Positions 41,979 to 52,484 of a DNA stretch of 64,000 nucleotides are shown piece after piece. A program made the translations under genes and the position numbers. Origin of the DNA: Camelus dromedarius. Lineage: Eukaryota. Where the stretch lies: contig NC_087437.1 in the NCBI RefSeq assembly GCF_036321535.1, positions 33,172,001-33,236,000 on the forward strand, given 5' to 3'. The notes under the pieces are model-generated. The model did no database searches and was not told the DNA's origin. It saw nothing but the letters and a program-made list of their open reading frames with translations. Position 1 is the first letter of the stretch. The number at the start of each line of letters is the position of its first letter.

Positions 41979-44315
41979 GTATCAATGCTGTTTTTTTGGC
42001 CTAATCCAGGAGATCATTTAAACTTTTCATACTAGAAATTCGTGGTGAATCAGGAATAGTAGAGATAGATGAGGAAGGCATTTCAAGCCAGGTGTGATAC
42101 CTGTCTTTGTCCTCTGTGGGTCAGCCCTCCTGACAAACTAAGACAATCTATTTGGGGCAGTCATTCCTCTAGAGAGACAGACAGATATCTGAAGCAGATA
42201 ATACAAGTATGTGTCTGGGTTTAGATGTGTGAACTGAATCACACATTGACTCTGCCACTTCTAGTGTTTACAGACAAATTACGCTTGAACAGATAGCAGC
42301 AGGTGGACCAGAGTCTAGTAAGTTTGTTTACTCCAAGATTTTACACTGATCTGTTTGATATGGGTGTGTGTTGATTTAAATTTCAAACTTAGAGTAGGGA
42401 AGACATTACTTCTTCCCAAATTGTAAAATCTGCCCTGCTTCTGTAAAGGTATGCCCATATTTCCCTTTCTATTCTTGTTCTTCCAAAAGGATGGCCATTT
42501 AAATTTAATTCAATTTAATTTAATCTAATTTATTTTTTTCTCATTCTTTTTCTTCTTTTCACTTTGAATTTCAGAGGTACCTTTGCTGAAGTTTTGTTAT
42601 AGTACAATTTTTATAGTAGTACTGTATTTCTTTCTTCTATTAAGCTACAGGTTTCTTAATATTTTTCCTTGAAAATAAAATCCACCTGTGCTGCAGGAAC
42701 TGGGAGCTGGAAAGGCTTTGCACACATCAGAAGCCCTGCAGTGAGCACAGGAGAGCTGGAGACAAAACCTTCCTGCCTGAGATGTCTCTCTTGCGCCGCC
42801 TACTGACAAAGCATAACATGGCGCCAGTTGGCAAAGGAAGCATATTTAAACCATTGGGCTAGGTGAAAAAGATGAACTGGAGCTGAGACAGTAAATGCAT
42901 AACCTGCCTCAAGACTGTCCATATACACTTCCTATGGCTGTTCCTCTAACAGCTTAACTCTTTCTTAAAATATTTCCTCATCCTTTGTCTTTCTCTTCCT
43001 CAATATGTAAGTCATCAACATGTGCACATTTTTCCATTGTTTCTATTCATATGTATGTATATATACGTGTACATTTTTTCTTTTACCAAGAGAGTTACTT
43101 TAAATTTTTCTAATTAGAAAATATAATATTGCCTGTTCTTTCCTGACTCCCTCCACCTGTTATGAAGGAGGAAAAATATGGTGAGTTTATTTTTGCAATT
43201 AGGCTGTGAAACAGATTTCCACAACTATGGTAGATAAATAGATAAATGTATAGGTAGCAGTAGGCATATAGATGAATGCGTAGCTGGACACATACAGACA
43301 GAGAAAAACAGAAACAGACTGCAAGATAAATGTGTACATAGTTAACATTCATAGTAAGAGAGACATATCTTTACTAAAAATTGAAGTCTGTAGGGCATAA
43401 ATGTAATCATTGGTGCTAGAAATTTGGGGCAATTATGGACGGCATTTCATCCTAGGCATTGTACCTATCTTCGTTCTCAGTATGCTAGCCTTTCTCCTCT
43501 TCATCCTGACATATTCACCAATTTAGCATCTTTGGGGTCAGGTCCCTTCTCTCTAGTTTTCAAAACAGATAATAATAAGAATGTGCCAGTCTGGGGGGTC
43601 TGTGTATGAATGGAAACACACGTATTTACTCTTACACATGTACTTAAAGCTCTAGTGGTCAAGCTGGGTTTGGAGGATCAGAGGCTCTGAGCTCTGAGGT
43701 GTAAGAACTCTCCCCTTCCCGTTTTTCATTCTTCCCAGTGGGAAATCTCCTGTTCTTCTGTACGGGCATGCCCATATTTAATCTCGAATGCTGCTTTTCC
43801 AAGGGCTGGTTTGGGTGTTCATTTTTTTTTATCTTTTCCTCGTCATTTTGTAATTCTGTATTGTGTATCTTTTTATTATTGTTTGGTCATATTGCCTCAC
43901 ATATTTCCAATATTTCCATAGACTTTTTGCATTCTTAATGAAATTTTTCATGCAGTGTAATAGTCATACATATAAACCATGTAATATCTTTTGCAATCCC
44001 TTTCCTTCTTTTAAGCCATGGTTTGAAGTCAGTTACACAGTACTTTACTGTTTAATCTTTGTTCACTCACTGATTTGTATTGTAACTCCAGTGAATTATT
44101 TACGCTGCACCTTCAGGACTCGAGTTTGCTATAAACAAATGAGGGAAACAACAGAATTATTCCACTAGCAGTGTATAAAATAAATCTAAGTGGTTCTTAC
44201 GTATTTTGCTATATAATAAAAAGCATTATTTATAGAGCATGCAAACATTATTTCAGACCTTTGAAAAAAAGTTTGGCTGCAGAGGTTCTGATCCATAAAG
44301 ACTGCTCTTTGGCTT

Positions 44316-44362
44316 TATGTATGTATGTATGTATGTATGTATGCATGTATTTATGTATTTAT
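44316..44362. repeat. (TATG)n microsatellite grading into (TTTA)n, in the tail of an L1
   Basis: tatgtatgtatgtatgtatgtatgtatgcatgtatttatgtatttattta. Confidence 0.9.
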
Positions 44363-45011
44363 TTATTTATATATTGAAGTTGTCAGTTTCCAATGTTGTG
44401 TCAATTTCTGATGTACAACATGTTTCAGTCATACATATACATACATATATTCGTTTTCATATTCTTTTTCATCACAAGATATTGAATGGGTTCCCTGTGC
44501 TATACAGAAGAAACTTGTATATCTATTTTATACACAGCAGTTAGTATCTGAAAATCTTGAACTTCCCAATTTATCGCTTTCCACCCCCTTCTCCCCTGGT
44601 AACCATAAGTTTGTTTTCTATGTCTGTGAGTCTGTTTCTGTTTTGTAAATAAGTTCATTTGTGTCTTTTTTCCTTTTTTTAGATTCCACATATGAGTGAT
44701 ATCATACAGTATTTTTATTTCTTTTTCTGGCTTACTTCATTTAGAATTACGATCTCTAGGTCCATCCATGTTGCTGCAAATGGCATTATTTTGTCCTTTT
44801 TTATGGCTGAGTAGTCTTTGACTATATAAATATACCACAACTTTTTTTATCCAGTCATCTGTTGATGAACATTTAGGTTGTTTCCATGTCTTGACTATTA
44901 TAAATAGTGCTGCTATGATCACTGGGGTGCATGTTCTTTTCAAATTAGAGTTCCCTCCAGATATATACCCACAAATGGGATTGCTGAATCATATTGTAGG
45001 TCTACTTTTAG
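44363..45011 (-). mobile_element. L1 3' end (intermediate age)
   Basis: ORF pieces MNLFTKQKQTHRHRKQTYGYQG and TCTPVIIAALFIIVKTWKQPKC. Confidence 0.88.
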
Positions 45012-45968
45012 TTTTTTTTTAAACTTTTTTTTTTATTGAGTTATAGTCATTTTACAATGTTGTGTCAAATTCCAGTGTAGAGCACAATTTTCCAGTTATA
45101 CATGAACATACATATATTCATTGTCACATTTTTTTCTCTGTGAGCTATCACAAAATCTTATACATATTTCCCTGTGCTATACAGTATAATCTTGTTTATC
45201 TATTCTACATTTTGAAATCCCAGTCTGTTCCTTCCCACTCCCTGCCCCATTGGCAACCACAAGTTTGTATCCTATGTCAATGAGTCTGTTTCTGTTTTGT
45301 ATTTATGTTTTCTTTTTTTTTTTTTAGATGCCACATATGAGCGATCTCATATGGTAGTTCTCTTTCTCTTTCTGGCTTACTTCACCTAGAATGACATTCT
45401 CCAGGGATATCCATGTTGCTGCAAATGGTGCTATGTTGTCGGTTTTTATGGCTAAATAGTATTCCACTGTATAAATATATCACCTCTTCTTTATCTACTC
45501 TTCTGTTGATGGACATTTAGGCTGTTTCCATGTCTTGGCTATTGTAAATAGTGCTGCTATGAACATCATGGTGCAGGTGTCTTTTTGAAGTAGGGTTCCT
45601 TCTGGATATATGCCCAGGAGTGGGATTCCTGGGTCATACGGTAAGTCTATTCCTAGTCTTTTGAGGAATCTCCATACTGTTTTCCACAGTGGCTGCACCA
45701 AACTGCATTCCCACTAGCAGTGAAGGAGGGTTCCCTTTTCTCCACAGCCTCTCCAGCATTTGTCATTTGTGGACTTTTGAGTGATGGCCATTCTGACTGG
45801 TGTGAGGTGATACCTCACTGTAGTTTTGATTTGCATTTCTCTGATAATTAGTGATATTGAGCATTTTTTCACGTGCCTATTATCATTTGTATTTCTTTGG
45901 AGAATTGCTTGTTTAGGTCTTCTGCCCATTTTTGGATTGTGTTGATTTTTTTTTGTTATTAAGCTATA
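45012..45968 (-). mobile_element. Young 5'-truncated L1, same subfamily as 28805-31728
   Basis: Near-identical 3' UTR (ttattgagttatagtcatttt.caatgttgtgtcaaattccagtgtagagcac); ORF pieces [17 protein letters not shown] and [14 protein letters not shown]. Confidence 0.93.
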
Positions 45969-47699
45969 TAGGCTTTAATTATTTTAGATTCACGACTTTG
46001 TATCCAAAAGACATTAAGACTAGTATTTATTGCTCATACTTTTTTTTTCATATGAGGACATGGACATGCTTAAAAATCCTACTATAACACTGGTATCCCA
46101 ATAAAGTATGCAAGTCCCAAATATGATTTTCACTGATGAGAAAATTAAGGTGCAGAAATCTGCAATGAGCCCACATAGTGAATATCTTCTTTTTGAAAAA
46201 AGCACTTCTATTTCAAGCAACTCTTAAAATTATGCTTTATAAAGACATCATTTCAACTTTATGTCATGCTGTTGTTCCTTGTATGTAAGTGAATTTTATA
46301 TTCTGGGCAAAAAAATGTAAATATTCAGAGTGGACTTCCTTGCAAATATATTGCTGAGAGAAATGTTAATAAATGAATAAGAACTTACCTGAGTCCCAGA
46401 GCTGAGAGGTGAAGGAAGAGCTTTCTCCACATGGGGGGCCGTCAAAGGCAAGGTACCAGGCAAACTGTGTGGGGAGACACAGACTCTCAGGTCATGAATG
46501 GTAATGCCTGAAAAGAAAAGGTAAAGAAAAGAAAAGAAAAAGTAAAAGGACAAAAGATTGACTAGTAGGTGAATTAGCCAAGGCTTCCCAGACCTCTTAG
46601 TGGATGCCTTTGCATGATCTGGGCCACTAGTTTTGCCAGTTAAACTTTAAAATATAAGGGCCATCTTATGCTGCTAAAAGCACATATTTTTCTTTTAAAA
46701 TTGGTACCTCATTCAAGTAAGAATCTACAAAGTTTCATTCCTGTGATTATATAAAATTGACCAGAGACTATAACATATTTTTTATGAGTTGATAAACAGA
46801 AAAGTCCAACTTAAATTCTAGTCCCAGGATTTAAATCAATCTAGTTATTTTTACCAGACTTCCAAAAATCTTTCCTTGGCACATCTTCCACAAAGAATTG
46901 GATGAAGCTGATACGGCTGTTGATGTGATTTTGAATCTCTTTCTAAGCCTTTGCATATGATCTTGCTTTTGCCTGAAATACCTTCAGTCTCCTCCCCCTT
47001 CCCTGCTCAGTCTTCTTCATTCTTTGAAATCAAGTTCACTTATCACTGATTCTGTGCTCCCAAGCAGAACCCGACACCCCTCTCTTGTCCCACGTTAGAA
47101 ACTCACACTGCAGGTGGGGAGGGGTGAGGGTGGAGCAGACTCGGGAGGGGAAGAAGGTATTGAGGAGGACTATGTGGTTCCCAGCTTGGATTCGGAATAG
47201 GATGGGGATAGGGGAGTTCTGAACCACACACCCCTCAGCACAAGTGGCAGAAGTAAAGGCAGGTGAAAGCTGAATCTACTTAGATTTTTGAGAGATCCTT
47301 ACTCTCCTACCCGTGGGGCTAACTTTGCTCCAGAGGCTGCAGTCATCCCCACACCAATGAAACCAGCTGGTCAATCCAATGGCTTCATGTCCCAGCCGGA
47401 TGATAAAGTCTACACCTATACTCAGTCCCACTTTTCCATCACTCGGTAATTACAAAGTAGGTGAAACTTGGTTGACTCATAATAGGTCAATGTAGGCAGA
47501 ATGAGCATGTTTACTGTGTAGGCAGGAATGGGTTTTTCCAAAGAAGTATGCTTTCCTTGCTATACCATGAGTTGGTGCAACTCCCTCCTGATTTAAAGGC
47601 CTCATCCATCTACTTCAGCATTTTTTCAAGCTGGGTCCTGTACAAGGTGTTTGAGATACAAAAATGCACGAGGCTCTCAGGAGATCAAAGTCTGGTGGA

Positions 47700-48640
47700 C
47701 ATACTTTCAGACTTATAGAAAGGTTGTAAGACTAGCACAAAGAATTCCCATATATCCTGTACTCAGATCCCCCAAATATTAACATTAAATTTTTTTAAAT
47801 GTTAACATTTTTACCACATTTGATTTCTTTCTCTCCCTCTGCATACATATATAAGTATATATATGTGTGTGCATACACACATACATGTTTTTTGGAACTT
47901 TTTGAAAATAAGTTGCAGCTAAGTTGGCACTAAATATCTGTGTGTGTTTTCTAAAATGAAGTATTTTCTCTTTCATAACCATACTGCAATCGTCAATCAA
48001 GAAATTGACAGTGATAGAGTATAAATTATCTAATCATAGGCCTTATTCATATTTTGTCAACTGACTCAATAATGTTCCTTACAATTACAGAAATTCTGGA
48101 TCACGTGTTGCATTTAATGGTCACATCCCTTTGGTCTGCTTTACTCAGAAATGGTTCCTTAGTCTTTTATGACATTTACTTTTTTGAGGAGTACAGGCCA
48201 GTTATTTTGTAGAATGTCCCTCAGTTTGGGTCTGTCTGAAGTTTCCTCATGATTAGATTTAGGCACGAACTTCTGGTAGGTCTACTACGGAGGGCTGTAT
48301 CCATTTCAGTGCATACTGTCAAGAGGCACATGATGTCAGTTTATCTCAGTGCTGGTCATATTAACTTTGACTAAGGTGATGTGTGATTAAGGTTTTTCTC
48401 TTTACAATTAATATGTGTCTGTGAAGAGATACTTTGAGACTATGTATGTACCTTGTCACTCCTCAAAATTTCACCCACTAATTTTAGCAACCACTGATGA
48501 GTCTTGCCTGAATCAATACTATGATGGTTGCTAGACTGTGATGCTGTACTTCCATTGTTTTTTCTACATTTATTAGTTGGGTGTCCACTGTAAGGAAAAG
48601 CTTTTCCTTTTCTCCCATTTTTTTGTTTGTCTGTTTAGTA
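47700..48640 (-). mobile_element. L1MC4-like 3' end
   Basis: cagacttatagaaaggttgtaaga..agcacaaagaattccc...gagtacaggccagttattttgtagaatgtccctcagtttggg. Confidence 0.75.
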
Positions 48641-49104
48641 TTTATCCCAGGTCCAAGATAAGAATGCACACTATTTCCACCGTTATCTAACACTGAACTG
48701 GAGATATTAGCTAGCGCAATTAGACAGATGATGTCCAACTGTTTTGCCTCCTAAATGCACCTACCCCTGAACTCCATACTTCCCATAAGCCCTATACAGG
48801 ATCCACGGCTTGCTCTGCTCTGGTAAGACTGTGCCTACCCACATAGATCTCCCTTACAAGAGTACACAATAAATCTAGTTTTGTCTTTTTTAGTTCACCT
48901 ATTGGATGGTTCTCTCTTTATCCTTTGACAAACCAAACCATAAACTAACTAAAAAGATCATTCTGATCGCTGGGTAGGCCTAGAAATGCAATAGTGGAAG
49001 TAGGAAGCCAGTTAAGGCTGTTAAAAATCTTGAGTGGGAAGCAAATCCCTGGAGTTAGGGGAAAAAATTTACACTAAAAAATTATACAGAAAAATATACC
49101 ATAA

Positions 49105-49890
49105 GCATAGTCAAGAGAAATATTTGCAACTCACACCACTGACAAAGAGCCAATTTATTAATAAGAGAAAGCAAATGACTCATCTGAAAAAACAAGCAAA
49201 GGATACGAGATGAATTACTACAAAATATAAGTGGCTATTAATCATATAAAGAGGTTCAACCTACACTCTAACAGAAGTGCAAATTGAGACAAAACCATGA
49301 TAGCCATTTTTCATTTACTAGATTAAAGACCAAAAATCTGATAACAAGCTTAATTAGGGATGATGTGGGAAACAGGCTCTTTCCGGCATTGCTGATGGGA
49401 GTGTCAACTGGTACCAACTGATGGGAGTGTCAACTGGACTTTCATGGAAAACAATTTGACACTATTTAACAAAAATTTAAAAGTATAGCTATTTGACTTA
49501 GCAATTCTACTTTTAGGAATTTATTCTACAGGTAGATGTGAAATGACCATTGTCCAAGCAATTCATTGCAGGACTGTGTACAGTAGTTTGTAAACAACTT
49601 AAATGTCCACCAATAGGGGAGTTGCCAAGAAAAGTGTGACACACCCATACAACAAAATCCTTTGCATACGTTACAAAAAAATGAAGGCAATTGCTGTTAT
49701 ATTATTGGGTTCAAAGAAAATAAAGAACTGTGTGGGATATCTCTGGGAAGATACAAAGGAATCTAGTAATAGTGATTACTTCCCAAAAGAACTGGGGATT
49801 GAAAGAAAAGATTTGCCTTGAGCTCCATTCTCTTTGGTACTGTTTGAATGTCATACTAGGTATATTCATTTTTCATTAAAAGTAAGCAAA
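49105..49890 (+). mobile_element. Ancient L1ME-like 3' fragment
   Basis: agaaatatttgcaac...tttgacttagcaattctacttttaggaatttat...aaacaacttaaatgtccac. Confidence 0.6.
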
Positions 49891-50301
49891 AAAAAAAAAA
49901 AAAAAAACTAAAGGTCTGTTGCAGTTGTGCAAATGATACCAGTCTTACAAGAACAGTAGTGGTGGACATCATGCATGGATTCAGGATACGTTTTAAAGGG
50001 AAGTTGACAGGAAAATTCCAAAGGTGGAGTAGATGTGGGTGATGAGATAGGTACGCTGTCAAGGATGACTGCTAGGCTCGTGGCTGGCAATTGGTGGAGA
50101 GATGTGCCATTTACTTTGCTGGTGGGCAATTAGGGAGGAACAGGTATAAAATGTCTGAGAGAACTCAAGGATTCTGTGCAGGATATGCAAGGTTTGAAAT
50201 GCCTATTGGTCATCCACGTAGAGATGTCAGCAGGAAAAGCAATCTTACTGCTCAAGAAAGGAGTTCAGAATTAAGGTATTTTGGAGGTATCAGCATATAA
50301 A

Positions 50302-50620
50302 TCAGCACCAATAAATAGAAATATAATGTAAGCCACATACATAATTCAAAATTTTCTATCAGCCACATTAAAAGCTAAAAGCAGGTGAAATTAATTTTAA
50401 TATATTCTATTTGATCCAATATATGTAAATATTATCATTTTAACATATAATCAGTATATAAATGAACAAGGTATCTTATATTCATTTTTTCATACTAAGT
50501 CTTTGAAATCTGGTGTGTATTTTACACTTACAGCACATTTCAATTAGGACAAGCCATGACACATGATATGTATGAAGTGTCAACTTGTCACATGTGGTGA
50601 TGGCTACCTATTGGACAGTA
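50302..50620. mobile_element. MER33-like hAT-Charlie element nested in an antisense L2 (about 49910-50960)
   Basis: aatagaaatataatgtaagccacata...ctttgaaatctggtgtgtattttacacttacagcacat...ggctacctattggacag. Confidence 0.8.
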
Positions 50621-52187
50621 GAGAACCGTGATGATGTTTGAAGCTATGGGACTGGATGAGTGGAATAGAGTTCAGGACTGGACTCTGGAGCACTTGATCA
50701 GGTAGAAGAGGAGCTGACAAGTGAGACAACAAATAAGAGCCCAGTAAACCAGAAGAGAAACAAGGCAAGTGTAGTGTCAAGGGGGCCATGAAGGGAGGGG
50801 CTGTCAACTGCATCAAGTGACGCTGAGAAGTGGAGTAAGATGAGGGCAGAGAAGCGAGCACTGTAACTGGGAAGATGGGAGTTGCTAGTCATCTTGGCAA
50901 GGCAGCTCCATTAGACTGGGGCTTCTCCTTTGGAGCTGAAGAGAGAGCATGAGATGGAAAGTGTAATCATCTTATGTGGACATCGCAAAGGCAACACAGT
51001 CAAAAATGATCTATCTTCTCTGGCATCCTCACTTACTCTCTTCTTTTCCTATATTCTCACCTGTATTTGGGGCGCACGCTAGAAATTTGGGAGACAATCT
51101 CAAGTCCTTCCTTTCTCTCAGACCTCATAAGCTATTATTCACAAAGTCATCCCCATTTCACCTCCTAAACACTCTGCTTCATTTGTCCCATCCCTATTCC
51201 CCAGTATAGGCCCTTGCCACCTCTAATCTTATTGATAGCTAATAATCCTCATCGTTATCCAATCTCTAGCTTTGTCACCCTCAAAATCCTGTTGGCAAGC
51301 CTGGCACCCCCTCACACCTCCAAAAGTGGGGGGTCGGGTTGTGTTGCCAGATGGAATTTTTAAAAACACGTCTTGCATTCTTGCTACTCTGCTCTGGCTC
51401 CTCCTGGAGCTGGTTAGTTGTGTCTACTCTGGAGTTCCTTCTCACATTCTCAGACCAAGCGCGCGCGCACACACATCCTTGTTTCATGCTTGCATCTTTA
51501 TTATCCCTCCTAACGCCCCCTCCTCACTCCTCCATAACCCACGCCCTCATACAGGTATCACTACTGGCTCATTCTTACTAATTCTAACTTACGTATGAAC
51601 TTCAAAGACCCTCAGCACTCTTCACCCCCTCCGCCGCCACTTTTCCGCCAAAGCTGGTTAAACTTATTCTTTCTCAAACGCTTCTCCCACGCATCCCTAT
51701 AGAATTCCGTGCTTATTCCAGCCACTGTTCTCACTACATTCGTCCATTCTCCATAGCGTCCTTTAAAGTACCGGTATCTGTCGCTCTCTCCAACTAAACC
51801 GTTAACTCTTATGAGGTCGGAGAGTTTGTCTCACTCCATTTTGTATTCCCAGTACCTGGCAGGTGACTTGACAAATTATAAGGTGCTCAATCAACTGTGT
51901 GGAATTAAGAGCTGCCAAAGAGCCTGCGGAGAGCAAAGCTGCGAGAAGGGCGGCGCGCGCTTTCGGGTCCCTAGCGCAGGTGGGACCCCGCAGGAGGAGC
52001 CTGGCTTCGGGCCGCGGCGGGGAGGCCCGCACTTTCCCGGCAGAGCGGCGCCGGGTCGGCAGCCGGAGCAGGGCAAGAAGCAGCAGAGCAGCGCGGTCGG
52101 CGGCGGAAGGCCCGGGGCAGGTGCCGAAGACAGTCCGGGAAGAAAGCGAACGCCGCCGCCACTCCGCCTTCCTCGCCGGCCCTGCCC

Positions 52188-52269
52188 CCCACGTGACCAC
52201 GCCCGCTCACGTGAGCGTGTCCCTGCGTGACCCGCCGCGGCGTCACGTGAGCGACCGCGGTCATGTGAG
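52188..52269. promoter_or_regulatory. CLEAR/E-box/M-box cluster (MiT-TFE/USF-type sites)
   Basis: CACGTGAC at 52190, TCACGTGA at 52207 and 52243, TCATGTGA at 52261. These match the GTCACGTGAC CLEAR consensus and the M-box, as expected for a lysosomal gene. Confidence 0.8.
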
Positions 52270-52312
52270 TGCAGTTTGCCCCGGGCTCTGCTCCGGATCT
52301 CCCGCCGGTCCA

Positions 52313-52484
52313 ATGGAGGAGGAGGGTGAGGAAGCGAGGGCGCTGCTGCCCGGCGGCCCTGACGAGGGGGACGGAGGTGACCCCGCCACTCTCGCGGCCC
52401 CCGGGGCGCTGCCGGCCCTCTGCGACCCCAGTCGCCTGGCGCACCGGCTTTTGGTGCTGTTGCTGATGTGCTTCCTTGGCTTTG
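52313..52484 (+). CDS. MFSD1: MFSD1 coding exon 1 (start codon, acidic dileucine motif EARALL, start of TM1)
   Basis: ccaATGG start inside the CpG island; MEEEGEEARALLPGG...LLMCFLGF(G); donor G|gtgagc at 52485. Confidence 0.95.

Noticed and set aside
1..51800. RARRES1 or another upstream gene expected from human synteny
   Set aside because: No second CpG island or recognisable exons were found; if synteny holds it lies left of the window.
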